64,000 nucleotides of DNA from Sedimentisphaerales bacterium (GTDB lineage Bacteria; Planctomycetota; Phycisphaerae; Sedimentisphaerales; SM23-30). Position numbers and translations under genes: made by a program. Positions 1 through 10,186 of the stretch are shown piece after piece (the stretch's first letter is position 1; the number at the start of each line of letters is the position of its first letter). Location: assembly GCA_963663965.2 (NCBI GenBank), contig CAXXFK010000028.1, forward strand, positions 512,001 to 576,000, written 5' to 3'. The notes beneath the pieces are model-generated. The model saw only the letters and a program-made list of their open reading frames with translations, did not search any database and was not told the origin of the DNA.

Positions 1-1303
1 TGATTTCGCCGGATTCGGTAAATTTGATGGCATTGCCCACCAGATTGATCATAATCTGGCGTAACCGGACCGGGTCGCCGATCAACTGGACGGGCATACC
101 GGGTTCGATAAAGGTGATCAGGTCGAGGTTCTTTTCTTTGACCCTGGGAATGAACATGCCCTGGACATCCCTGATGAGCGAATTCAGCGAGAACTCTTTG
201 AGTTCCAATTCCATTTTACCGGCTTCGATTTTCGAGAAATCGAGGATGTCATTGATCAGGCCCAGGAGGGTGTTGCCGGAGGAACGGGCTTTATCGAGAT
301 AATGTCTTTCTTTGTCATCGAGGCCGCAGCGTGAGAGCAGCTCGATCATGCCGAGGACGCCGTTCATGGGGGTGCGGATTTCATGGCTCATGGTGGCGAG
401 GAATTCGCTCTTGGCGCGGCTGGCTTCTTCAGCGGCGTCTTTAGCGAGGAGCAGTTCGTGAGTGCGTTCTTCCACCTGGGTCTGGAGTGTGGCGTTGAAG
501 GCATGTAAATCGCGGTCACGCTGAGCGATGGCTTTGCGCATAGTTTCGAATGAACGATACAGATGGCCGATTTCATCCTGGTGACGGTCTTCGATTCCGG
601 TTGAGTAATCGCCCAGCGAGAGTTTGTTGCTGGCCAGGACCAGGCGCATCAGGCGTGAAATCCAGGGCCGGATGCCGATCGTGATAATGACCATCGAGCA
701 GAGCAGGGCGATGGACAGCGTGATTGTGGTGATGATGGTCTGGCTGAGCTGCGACTGGCGCAGAGAGTCGATGGAGATCCCGACGATGACCTTGCCGATG
801 GATTCTCGTTCGGCGGCGGGTGTGGCCGGGTTGTTCGCGGGCGGATCGGCGGGATCGGACTCGGAAAAAAGTGACAAGCCGGTCAGATCGTCTGATTGGG
901 TTTGTTCCTGGAGCCAGACCTGACTCTGGCCGGTGACGAAGTCGCAACGGGGGCAATTGGGGTGCAAGGATGCTTCCCAGGATCGCCCTTCCTGCTCGGC
1001 GTGTGCCATTAAGCGGTCATGCTGATCGAAAATCGCAACGAAGTAAATGGATGGTTCGTTTAACAGTCCCTGGGCGAGGCGATCCAACTCGATCTGATTC
1101 TGGACGGCCAGCGCCAGTTCGCAGGCATGGGCCAGGTTGGCGGCGAGAATGTTGGCGTTACGGACCTGTTCTTGCTTCATTAAATGCCGGGTATAGAAAA
1201 TGGATATGGCGCTCATGGTGACCAACGACCCGGTGACGACGGTCATGACAATCATGAGAACTTTGGTGCGAAGATTTAAATTGACAATCCAGTTTTTGAT
1301 CAT
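1..1303 (-). CDS. Membrane sensor histidine kinase with HAMP domain (5' part; runs off the window edge)
   Basis: Hand translation from ATG at 1303: two hydrophobic segments, HAMP-like '[13 protein letters not shown]', H-box '[19 protein letters not shown]', N-box '[14 protein letters not shown]'. Absent from the ORF track because it has no stop in the window. Confidence 0.9.
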   Translation of the reverse strand, partial: MIKNWIVNLNLRTKVLMIVMTVVTGSLVTMSAISIFYTRHLMKQEQVRNANILAANLAHACELALAVQNQIELDRLAQGLLNEPSIYFVAIFDQHDRLMAHAEQEGRSWEASLHPNCPRCDFVTGQSQVWLQEQTQSDDLTGLSLFSESDPADPPANNPATPAAERESIGKVIVGISIDSLRQSQLSQTIITTITLSIALLCSMVIITIGIRPWISRLMRLVLASNKLSLGDYSTGIEDRHQDEIGHLYRSFETMRKAIAQRDRDLHAFNATLQTQVEERTHELLLAKDAAEEASRAKSEFLATMSHEIRTPMNGVLGMIELLSRCGLDDKERHYLDKARSSGNTLLGLINDILDFSKIEAGKMELELKEFSLNSLIRDVQGMFIPRVKEKNLDLITFIEPGMPVQLIGDPVRLRQIMINLVGNAIKFTESGEI

Positions 1304-1305
1304 TC

Positions 1306-2241
1306 TTATCTCTTGAGGTCTTCAGGCTGATAGACAATATCCGCTTTTTTGATCATTTCTTTGGGCAGCGTAATGGACAGGCGTTCAGCGACGATCTGGT
1401 TTAAAACGATGTCATATTTGGAGATGGCAACAGGTGTTTTCGGCGCGTCATTTTTGATGATCTGTGTTGCCAGTTGGGCCGTTTGTATTCCGTGTTTGTT
1501 GAGATTGATACTGGTGCCCATCAGGGCGCCGGCTTTGACGAATCCGGAGGAGAAGCCGTAGACGGGGATTTTTTTTCGGATGGAGATCAGGAGCAACTGC
1601 TGGACAGTGGCGTTATTGAAAATAGCGGCTTCGGGGTAGGTCCAGACCAGGTCGATCGGACGTTCGTAGAGGTCCTGGATCGCGTCGGCGATGCCTTGGT
1701 ATTTTTTGTCATCCACGTTGACGGCTTCAATTTTCCAGTTTTTGGGGAGCTGTTTTTTGATATCATTGAGCAATTGCCGGCCGGCGGGAGTGGAATCCTG
1801 ATAAAGCAGGCCGATGGTTTGTGGGCCGGGCAGCGTATCGCCGATCAATTGGAGTTGATCTTCGATCGGAATTTCCATACTGACGCCCCAGACGTTGGGT
1901 GACTGGTCGAGTTTGAGTTCGGCCGGATCGGAGACCATACAAAAGACCAGCGGGCAGGCGTCTGAAGCGGTTTCTTTGAGGGCCAGGGCGGCTTTGGAGC
2001 CGACGGCGATGATGAGATTCTGGTTGGCAGTGAGGTTTTTCTGGTCTTTTTTGAGAGGATCGAGCAACTCGGTCTGGACCCGGTGGCCTGACTTTTTAAG
2101 CTGTTCTTCCAGGAGTTTGGCGGTTTGCTGATAGGGCGCTTCGGGTCCGCTGAGGGCCAGCAGAATATCGGCGGCCTGACAGGGGATCGCGATCAGCAAT
2201 AGCCCAAGAAGTATTCCTATTATTTTAATGGATAGTCGCAT
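1306..2241 (-). CDS. Secreted/periplasmic ABC-type substrate-binding-like protein (ABC_sub_bind-like)
   Basis: Signal peptide from MRLSIK (start reassigned to 2241); motifs 'IIAVGSKAA', '[10 protein letters not shown]', 'IGLLY', 'FVKAGAL', '[10 protein letters not shown]'. Confidence 0.75.
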   Translation of the reverse strand: MRLSIKIIGILLGLLLIAIPCQAADILLALSGPEAPYQQTAKLLEEQLKKSGHRVQTELLDPLKKDQKNLTANQNLIIAVGSKAALALKETASDACPLVFCMVSDPAELKLDQSPNVWGVSMEIPIEDQLQLIGDTLPGPQTIGLLYQDSTPAGRQLLNDIKKQLPKNWKIEAVNVDDKKYQGIADAIQDLYERPIDLVWTYPEAAIFNNATVQQLLLISIRKKIPVYGFSSGFVKAGALMGTSINLNKHGIQTAQLATQIIKNDAPKTPVAISKYDIVLNQIVAERLSITLPKEMIKKADIVYQPEDLKR

Positions 2242-2266
2242 TATTCTGTTACAGGTTTTATTCCCG

Positions 2267-4384
2267 TTAAAAGCGCATCTGGACGCGGCCGAAGAACGCG
2301 CGTCCCATGGTTTCGTGTCCGGTGAGCTGGCCATTTTCCAGAACAGGGTCATTGTCGCTATTGAGCAGATTGGAGATGCCGAACATCAATTCGGCACGTT
2401 CCTCCATAAAGGAGCGGGCCACGGTCAGATCGAGCCGATGGCTTTCGCTGGCGTTCTGGGAGAAGATACTATCGCTGGGCGTAAAGGTGGAAAAACGATA
2501 GCTGGAGTTCAGGGTCCAGTTTTGGGGCAGGAATAAGCGGCCGGTGAGCCCGCACTTATGTTTCGCCGGCAGAAAGGCCCGGACAACTTGATCTTCGCCC
2601 CGGTCACGGACCAGATCGTTATAAGCGTACCAAGCGGACAATTTACCCGCTTTTCTGGTCCAGGCCAGTTCGGTTTCCAGACCGTAGGTATCGGCGCCAT
2701 CGATATTATCCAGGATCAGAATTTGGCGTTGGACGGGTAAGCCCATTGTATCGGGCAGGAACCGTATGCCGATCAGGTCGGTCATTCTCTGGTAATACCC
2801 ATCGAGTTTGAAGAGCCAATCGCGGGTCAACTGTGCGGAGTATCCGGCTTCGATAGACCAGGTTTCTTCATTATTCATATCCTGGGCTTTAACCACGTTG
2901 AAGCCGTAGAGTCCTGCGGGGAAAGGAGCGGGCAGCGGCACGCGGCCGACAGTGGCCTCACGAAAAGCGACGGTGGGGGCGCGAAACGCTTTGGCTGTAC
3001 TTAAACGCAGGATGTGATTTTTTTCTTCATCGAGAGAATATAAACCCGTCATCCGGCCGGACCAATCCGCTTCGGTACCGGAATACCAGTCGCCACGCAA
3101 CTGGCCTTCCAAGACGAAGTGGTCGGTGATGGACCAACGGTCAATGACATAGGAACCAATCGATTGTTCGTGAATCCTGGTGTCGTCGAAACCTACTTCG
3201 ATCTCTTCCTGCCTATTGAAGGCTATTTGAGCCAGGCGGATATTACTACCCAGTGTGATCGCATGGTTTTCATGCTGAATGTTCAACTGGCCTTCGAGAT
3301 TATTATCGTAAACACAATAATGGTCGATCCAGTTGGGGATATGACTGCTCATGTCATAACTGGACCAACCGATCTGGCCGGTCACAGAGTCAGAAAAGGT
3401 ATGGGTGAGCCCGAGGGAAAGTGATCCGGTATGATGGCGATGTTCTTCCTGGGGGAAATAGGCCATCAGTTCGTAGTCACCGGTGTTATTGAAGGCGTAG
3501 CCCAGGCCGAAATCGAGTGTCGTGTCTTCGGTGGGGCGGTAGCTGATGCGGCCATCGTACATCCATTGGCGATTAAAATCCTGTGATATAAAATTATCGT
3601 TTTCGACAGTCGCATCGCTCGATTTTTGATCGGTATAGCCAATTGACTGGCGCCAGCTCCATTTGTCTTTCTGGTCGGACCAGCGGATGTGAGAATAGCT
3701 GTTGGTCCAGTGGTCGATGGATTCGGAGAATAGCCAACCCTGCCGGTCGCCGGGTTTGATGGTGATAATATTGATAACGCCGGTATAGGCGTTGGCGCCC
3801 CAGGCCGCGCCGCCGGGCCCACGTACAATTTCGATCCGTTCGATATCATCGATCAGGACCGGCAGGCGATGCCATTCGACGCCGCTTAAAGCGATATTAT
3901 AGACCGGTTTGCCATCCAACAGAACCAGGGTACGGTCCGAGAGGGTGCCGTGCATGCCCCGGACACCCACGCCGTACCGCAGGTTGTCCATCTTAAGGAC
4001 ATCGACCGCAGTATAGAATTGCAGGATTTCTGGAATGGAATTCAGGCCGCTGTAATGGATATCTTCGCGGGTGATGACGGTTACGGGAATGGATGACTGA
4101 CTGATGGGTTGGGCCTGCCGGGAGGCGGAGATCACCACCGGCATTTCCTGGAACAGGAGCAAGTCATTGGAAATCAGGGGATCGATATCCAAAGGCAAAG
4201 GCTGATCTGGAGTATTTTTGCCGTTCTCTGTCTGTCTGGTATTATCGGACAGCATCGGCGGAGTCTTGTTGTCATCCGGCCAGGCCAGTTGGGTTATCAG
4301 TAACAGGATTATGGTCGTGAACAAGCGGATTCTTTTGAAACCAGGACTGAAAAACGCCTTGCCAAGATTTGTCTGATTGCTCAT
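2267..4384 (-). CDS. TonB-dependent receptor (plug + beta-barrel)
   Basis: Plug motifs 'VISASRQAQPIS..VTVITREDI' and 'DIERIEIVRGPGGAAWGANAYTGVINIIT'; C-terminal Phe ('GRAFFGRVQMRF'). Confidence 0.9.
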   Translation of the reverse strand: MSNQTNLGKAFFSPGFKRIRLFTTIILLLITQLAWPDDNKTPPMLSDNTRQTENGKNTPDQPLPLDIDPLISNDLLLFQEMPVVISASRQAQPISQSSIPVTVITREDIHYSGLNSIPEILQFYTAVDVLKMDNLRYGVGVRGMHGTLSDRTLVLLDGKPVYNIALSGVEWHRLPVLIDDIERIEIVRGPGGAAWGANAYTGVINIITIKPGDRQGWLFSESIDHWTNSYSHIRWSDQKDKWSWRQSIGYTDQKSSDATVENDNFISQDFNRQWMYDGRISYRPTEDTTLDFGLGYAFNNTGDYELMAYFPQEEHRHHTGSLSLGLTHTFSDSVTGQIGWSSYDMSSHIPNWIDHYCVYDNNLEGQLNIQHENHAITLGSNIRLAQIAFNRQEEIEVGFDDTRIHEQSIGSYVIDRWSITDHFVLEGQLRGDWYSGTEADWSGRMTGLYSLDEEKNHILRLSTAKAFRAPTVAFREATVGRVPLPAPFPAGLYGFNVVKAQDMNNEETWSIEAGYSAQLTRDWLFKLDGYYQRMTDLIGIRFLPDTMGLPVQRQILILDNIDGADTYGLETELAWTRKAGKLSAWYAYNDLVRDRGEDQVVRAFLPAKHKCGLTGRLFLPQNWTLNSSYRFSTFTPSDSIFSQNASESHRLDLTVARSFMEERAELMFGISNLLNSDNDPVLENGQLTGHETMGRAFFGRVQMRF

Positions 4385-4758
4385 AGGTCGCTCTCTGATA
4401 AATAAATAAGTGGATGCCTTCGTTTCGTGACAGTTTTTTATAACTTAAATGATAACGGTGAATTACATATTTTTATGGGGGTGATAAGACACACCCGGCT
4501 ACTTTCTGTCAGGTAGACCTGAGAGTAAAAGCTTCTTATCGGACTTAGCCGATTACACGATAAAACATGTTGGCAATATCATGATATCTATTAGCTTATC
4601 GACTGGCAGGTGATTGAGATTGATGATAAAAAGCGCGATAATAGTTGTTTATATCCATCGGGCATGGCAAGGTGCGGTCGCCCGCATGAATAGAGACGCA
4701 AAGCATCGCGCCTCAACAAGCGGCCCAGCGAACATCTTTAATCGTCAAGGGCATAAAT

Positions 4759-4990
4759 CAGTGCCTCTGACAAAAAGGTTCTCGACTTGTAGCCGACCGC
4801 AAAGACATTACCGACGATATCGAGATTCCTGGAACCCAACATCGGCTACACCCTATTGCCATGGTTGCCAGCGGGGTGTTTGACTCTGGCGGCTTTTCCT
4901 TGAAGGCGGAGTCCCAACTTTGCCGACGACTTTTTCGCCCGGTCTCGTTACAAAAATCATTTTGTCAGGTACTCTTAGTCAGGCACTCTA
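4759..4990. mobile_element. Possible MITE-like element with degenerate terminal inverted repeats
   Basis: Left AGTGCCTCTGACAAAA vs right TTTTGTCAGGTACTCT followed by a second GTCAGGCACTCT; internal TGTAGCCGA/TCGGCTACA arms; no convincing ORF. Confidence 0.35.
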
Positions 4991-5022
4991 AACAGCCATT
5001 GACATGAGGGGTCAGGATATGG

Positions 5023-6318
5023 TTATAAATTCACTTCAAGGATAGTCAATTCAAATGAGCCCTGATCCAGTTCGTAGCCACCAATGCGGATGTAAATGGT
5101 TTGTCCGGCGTTCATGTACCAGGTGATATTTTCGACCCATTGTTCATCGCAGGCCAGTTCATTGCCATTACAGGCGTCATAAAGGGCCAGCGACGCATCC
5201 AGGCCGTTCTCTTCTGAAGGCGTCACGGTAAAATTAATGTTGGCAGATACCGGACTGGTGAACTTGTACCAGACGGCGTTGGAATCATCGAATTCCATCG
5301 TGACCGCGCAGGAGGAGATGGGACTGGTCCCGGCATTGTCATTGTCACCGGCGACGGTTCCGAAGTTTGAGACCGAAATGGCATTTTGACAGGTTGACCC
5401 ATCAGCCGGCAGAGCAGGCTCCAGCCAGAAAGACAGCATGATGGCAAAATCTTCGAGATTGACCCAGCCATCGCCATTAATATCGGCATCCGCGGCGGAA
5501 TAGGTCGTGGGTCCCCGATAGGTCGGGACCAAGCTGAATTCGTGCCAGGCTTCCGCCTGACCCATCCCGTTTTCACCGCTGATATTGACCTCGGTATGCA
5601 CTCCGACAAAAATCCCGATCACATCACCGATACGCGCCTGGAATTGAATGTCGGCGGCCCCTTCCTGAGTTCCGGGGATAAACTGATTAAGCGGGACGTG
5701 TTCCCAGACGCGAGAAATTTGAGGGGGCACAATTTTATCCGCAGGATTTAAAGCGACAACGATCCCCGAACCCGGATCATCGTAAGCCAGGAATCCGCCG
5801 TCACTGCGGGCTGTGACGGCGTTGCCAATCACAGAGGCATAGCCCTGCCAGGACAATTGGATATTGACCCGATCGCCCATCTGCTCGCCAGAATCGGGAA
5901 CAATCTTAAAAAACAACCCCGTGCTTTCGCCCGGCGAAACCCCAGCGGCTCCGGCATTCGTCATCGTACTCGCATCGCCAGCGCCGGTTTCGGCATAGGC
6001 ATAGCCATACACCGAGACTGACAGGCTGCCCGGTTCTTCCCCCGATTCATCAAAAAACATTTCGGAAAAAGCTTCGCAATAGGCCGTATCTTCCATGCCA
6101 TTGCTGACATCGGCGGACGTGCTGATAAAAACATCCGAGTCATTACTGCCGGCCATCCAATCCACCTGGATTTCGGAATCGTTTGCCGATTGAGAATCCG
6201 CCGCGACGCTTTGTGACTGGGCCCACATGGAACTCGAATCATAAACGATATGAACAGCAGAAACCCAGGCACACTCAACCAGAGTCAGTAACGCGATCAG
6301 TAAAAGTTGAATTTTCAT
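5023..6318 (-). CDS. Secreted protein with internal dockerin/EF-hand-like motif and C-terminal beta-sandwich (PPC-like) domain
   Basis: Signal peptide MKIQLLLIALL with AAGGAG upstream (start reassigned to 6318); 'DINGDGWVNLEDFAIMLSFWL'; C-terminal 'VWYKFT..LALYDAC..ELACD..YIRIGG'. Confidence 0.7.
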   Translation of the reverse strand: MKIQLLLIALLTLVECAWVSAVHIVYDSSSMWAQSQSVAADSQSANDSEIQVDWMAGSNDSDVFISTSADVSNGMEDTAYCEAFSEMFFDESGEEPGSLSVSVYGYAYAETGAGDASTMTNAGAAGVSPGESTGLFFKIVPDSGEQMGDRVNIQLSWQGYASVIGNAVTARSDGGFLAYDDPGSGIVVALNPADKIVPPQISRVWEHVPLNQFIPGTQEGAADIQFQARIGDVIGIFVGVHTEVNISGENGMGQAEAWHEFSLVPTYRGPTTYSAADADINGDGWVNLEDFAIMLSFWLEPALPADGSTCQNAISVSNFGTVAGDNDNAGTSPISSCAVTMEFDDSNAVWYKFTSPVSANINFTVTPSEENGLDASLALYDACNGNELACDEQWVENITWYMNAGQTIYIRIGGYELDQGSFELTILEVNL

Positions 6319-6383
6319 ATTATACATCTCCTTTGGTAAGAAACCATAGTTTGGACATTGATGTCCAGCGCCGAAAATATGAT

Positions 6384-7391
6384 TCAATAGACCTCACATA
6401 GCCATTGCATCGCCAATAACAGCATATCCTGAGAATCGACCCGGCTATCCAGATTGAGATCGGCCGGACCGCCGCTCTGCCCCCACTGGGGTGAAAACAG
6501 GTTGAAATCGAGCAGATTCACGCAACCATTATGATTCATATCCGGCGAACCGGTCGTCGAAGAGGCGGGAAACCCCGTTGCCAGATCGCCCCGTCCCGCA
6601 TTGAATTCCGGAAAAATGCCCAGATAGGATGTCGTTCGACTGAAAGCGTCAGCCAGGTCATACCGAAAGATATCATCGTTATCAATCCCGCTGTTATCAT
6701 TGCATTCAAACACATAGAGCCAGTCTGGTGTTTCGGAGGCAAACGCCGCACCTACAAAATATTGGGTATAGGGCGCGCTAACGGTGTCCTGATATTCCTT
6801 AGTCATCTGACCGGAACACAAATTGACATGATAAATATCATTGCTCAAAACCAGATATACCCCATGCCGATCATTAAAGGCGATATCGCCGCCGGCACTG
6901 ACGTCGGTAAAAGGCATATCGTCTAATGCTAATTTCAAGCAGGATACTTCCGTTTTCGTTTCCATGTCAATGGTCACCAGGAACCCTTCGAACAGATCCA
7001 GCGCCCAAAGCCGGTCAAAACGGTCAAAAGCCGCGCCAAAAAAACGGCGTTGAGGGAAAATAACCCCGTCACCGATTGTCTGAGCCGTCGCCGGATTCAG
7101 TCGATACAACACCGATTGGCCGGCGCTGCTGACATCAAAGCACCACAATCCCAGACTGTCCGAACAAGCCAGAGCATCCACCTGCATCTGAGTTTGAGTG
7201 TCGCTTTTCAAGACGGTTCCGATCAAAATCAGTTCAGCGCCGGAATCATTAAATTTATACAGGTAAACCGGGGTATTGAATTGCGTACCTCCGCCGCTAC
7301 GGGATTTAAGGCCGTATATTTCTTTTGCGGACAGAATAGACGCCATAAGACAGAGCGAAATATAAACCAATACTATCTTTTTCATGCTCAT
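6384..7391 (-). CDS. Secreted putative beta-propeller protein with C-terminal dockerin-like pair
   Basis: Signal peptide; 'GAAFD', 'GDIAF', 'GDLA' blade-like repeats; 'DMNHNGCVNLLDF..W' and 'DLNLDSRVDSQDM..WL'. Confidence 0.65.
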   Translation of the reverse strand: MSMKKIVLVYISLCLMASILSAKEIYGLKSRSGGGTQFNTPVYLYKFNDSGAELILIGTVLKSDTQTQMQVDALACSDSLGLWCFDVSSAGQSVLYRLNPATAQTIGDGVIFPQRRFFGAAFDRFDRLWALDLFEGFLVTIDMETKTEVSCLKLALDDMPFTDVSAGGDIAFNDRHGVYLVLSNDIYHVNLCSGQMTKEYQDTVSAPYTQYFVGAAFASETPDWLYVFECNDNSGIDNDDIFRYDLADAFSRTTSYLGIFPEFNAGRGDLATGFPASSTTGSPDMNHNGCVNLLDFNLFSPQWGQSGGPADLNLDSRVDSQDMLLLAMQWLCEVY

Positions 7392-7692
7392 ACTCTGTAA
7401 GCCGTTTGGTTAATTACCCATTAACGCTATCTGGAAACAGCCAACTCATAGTAAAACGCTCGTGAACGGTTATTAAATTATATCACCTGACATGAATTAT
7501 TGCAAGTGTGGAAACGATGAGAACAGGGGCCTTTGGGATTGTAAAATAGGGAAGATAGGGACATTGGGACAATTGAGTTTGAGTCAGACAAGATATAGAT
7601 CATACCCCGAACCTGGGTTTGTTCAGAGTGATATTGTATTGAAAGCAAGTTCATTTATTGAGAATTCTGATACTTTTTAATGGCGCGAAACA

Positions 7693-7877
7693 TTAAGGGA
7701 CCGTAAATAAATAACATCTTCATTTCTCATCCCAGCTTGCCGCCATCTTCAGCCGCTTCTCCATCGCGAAATCCTCGACATAGCATAACTATACCTGCGG
7801 TTTCGCTCAACCGGCGCGACTGAATCTGGCGACAAGCTGTGCGATAAATGCAGCATTTATTTATGGACGGCTTCTAA
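7693..7877. mobile_element. Long palindromic MITE-like element
   Basis: Nested inverted arms: AAATAAAT/ATTTATTT near the ends; 7733-7756 vs 7816-7839 match at 20/24; inner GCGAAA/TTTCGC and ATAG/CTAT. Confidence 0.55.
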
Positions 7878-8229
7878 TGAAGTTCATCAGCGAAAGTGTA
7901 TCGAAGCGATCAGACTCGACAGGGCCAGTTCAGACAGTCCGACCTTTAGAAGACAGGAAGGGTCCGTCAAAAATGGATGTCAATAGATGCATGAAAAACC
8001 GTATATTTATAGAATTTTTGTGGAAACCGGGCAAGGAATGTATTTTTCTTGATCCTGCAACAGTGAATCCGGTAACATTATCGATGTCGTTATGAGAAAG
8101 TGAGATAAACCGTTTAAAAGGGGAAATGTCAGATTTTATAAGAATAATAAGAGTTGTGCAGTGTGTCAGGCGGGATTAAAGAAATTTGCTGCAAATCAAC
8201 GAAAGATATTTTTTTAAGGAAGTTAACTC

Positions 8230-9885
8230 ATGAAGTGGAGACAAACGGGTATTTCATTTTTTACCTTTCGTATGCTGCTGATAACGATGGCGGGTACATT
8301 GTCGATTTCCAGTTTAACCACTCTTGCAAACGTCAGCCCAGTTTTACCGAAGGTTTTCATTGATACTACATATTCAGCGCCTGCAGGCAATACCATCCCA
8401 GTAAATTCAGGCGGGAATTTTCAGGCTGCTTTAAACAAGGCACAGCCGGGCGATACGATTGTGCTGGAAGCGGGCGCTACCTATACGGGAAACTTTACAC
8501 TACCCAACAAAACTTCGGGCATTGGATGGATTTACATCATTTCATCTGAACTGGATAAACTTCCGGGGCCCGGCAGGCGTATCAATCCGAAAGACGCATC
8601 CAATATGCCAAAAATAATGTCCGGCAATGTCAATGCCGCCATTAAAGCAGATCCGGGCGCCCATCATTTTAGATTTGCAGGCATTGAGTTTACCACGACC
8701 CATGCGAGCCCAGAGGTAGTTACCTATTCGTTGATTGATCTGGGTTATGCAGGGCAGGCCGACATTTCAGAGTGCGCAAATCACATTACCCTGGATCGCT
8801 GCTACCTCCATGGAACACAATATGGATCCATGCAAAGGGCCCTCATCGCCAATTCCGCTACGACAGCTGTCATCGATTCATATTTTTCTGAAATCAAGGC
8901 CTTGTGCCTTGAGGCTCAGTGTATTTTGGCGTATAACGGACCGGGGCCATTTAAGATTCATAATAACTATCTGGAAGGCGCAGGGGAAAATGTTATGTTT
9001 GGCGGAGCGGCTTCCAATGCTGCGTCCATGCTGCCTTGTGATATCGAAGTGACGAATAATTATTTTTACAAACAGAAATGGTGGATGAATGAGGTTCCCC
9101 GGCTTGAGCATCTTGAGCCCTGGCAGAGGCGCTACTGCATCAAAAACTTATTGGAGCTGAAAGCGGCAAAACGGGTTATGATCTCGGGAAACATATTCCA
9201 AAACAACTGGGCGCAGTCACAGAATGGCTACGCAATCCTTTTTACGCCGCGTGGGCAAAACCCCGCCTGTGCCCAATGGATTGTCGTTGAGGATGTTACA
9301 CTGGAGAACAATATCATTAAAGAGGTGGATCATGGCATCAATCTTCTCGGAACGGATGACCGCTTTCCGATGGTTCACGCAAAAAGAATCGCCATGAGAA
9401 ATAATCTGTTCCTGAATTTGGGCAATCAACTCCAGGTTTTGAGTGGCGCAGAGGATATCACTTTCGATCACAACACGGCTTTCCAGTCGCAGAGGATGCT
9501 GGTTTCGGGTGGCGCGCCTTCCCGCGATTTTGTTTACACAAACAACATTTCAAACATAGGAAACTATGGCGTTATCGGGACCGGTAAAGGGCAGGGTACC
9601 GCAACGCTAAGTTATTATTTTCCCGGGTGTGATTTCAGCAAAAACGTACTTATCGGAGGCGTTTCATCAACGTATCCGGCCAATAATTATTTTCCAGCCA
9701 ACATAAGCCGCGCAGGTTTTGCAGACTATGCAAATGGAGATTATCGATTGGCGGCACAGAGCGCTTATTGCAAGGCCGGTACTGACGGAGCCGATATCGG
9801 AGTTGATATGGATGTTATCGACGCCGCTACCAACGGCGTTGACGGCGATAGGGGATTTTTGAAGATGAATGGATTGGAACCCTGA
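8230..9885 (+). CDS. Secreted right-handed parallel beta-helix (pectin-lyase-like fold) protein
   Basis: Signal-like N-terminus; 'FQAALNKAQPGDTIVLEAGATY'; Asn-ladder repeats (IHNNYL, VTNNYF, ISGNIF, LENNII, MRNNLF, FDHNT); 'DGADIG' end. Confidence 0.7.
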   Translation: MKWRQTGISFFTFRMLLITMAGTLSISSLTTLANVSPVLPKVFIDTTYSAPAGNTIPVNSGGNFQAALNKAQPGDTIVLEAGATYTGNFTLPNKTSGIGWIYIISSELDKLPGPGRRINPKDASNMPKIMSGNVNAAIKADPGAHHFRFAGIEFTTTHASPEVVTYSLIDLGYAGQADISECANHITLDRCYLHGTQYGSMQRALIANSATTAVIDSYFSEIKALCLEAQCILAYNGPGPFKIHNNYLEGAGENVMFGGAASNAASMLPCDIEVTNNYFYKQKWWMNEVPRLEHLEPWQRRYCIKNLLELKAAKRVMISGNIFQNNWAQSQNGYAILFTPRGQNPACAQWIVVEDVTLENNIIKEVDHGINLLGTDDRFPMVHAKRIAMRNNLFLNLGNQLQVLSGAEDITFDHNTAFQSQRMLVSGGAPSRDFVYTNNISNIGNYGVIGTGKGQGTATLSYYFPGCDFSKNVLIGGVSSTYPANNYFPANISRAGFADYANGDYRLAAQSAYCKAGTDGADIGVDMDVIDAATNGVDGDRGFLKMNGLEP

Positions 9886-10186
9886 CAGACATGCATTCAG
9901 TTTGTGCCGTATTATCACCGGTTGTCGACAAATAGCATTGGGTGATTATAAGGGGGCATAAGGTTACCATTGGTTTGCGGTAAAATAATGAAAATTATTT
10001 TGAGAACCCGGTTAACAGGAGAGAGGGTGGTAATTGCTTGAATAGGTTGAAGTTAGGGATGGTTCGAGTCGATAGAGATTACCAGTTGAATTTTAGGTGT
10101 ACCCAGGTATCTGCAGGGGTATAATGAGGGGGTGTGTAATATGAGACTGCCGTGGCTGAAGGTTCCCTGCGGCCGGGGCGGTTTAG

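Noticed and set aside
4490..4545. c-di-GMP-I or cobalamin riboswitch upstream of the TonB receptor
   Set aside because: Minus-strand CAGGTCTA..TAGCCGGGT resembles part of a c-di-GMP-I P2, but the P1/GNRA and GCAAA elements are absent; no cobalamin box seen.
4535..4625. Sigma28-like CGATAA boxes on the minus strand
   Set aside because: -35 elements and spacing do not fit well; could be chance.
4691..4717. Degenerate REP-like hairpin TAGAGACGC..GCGCCTCAAC
   Set aside because: Single short imperfect copy; too weak to call.
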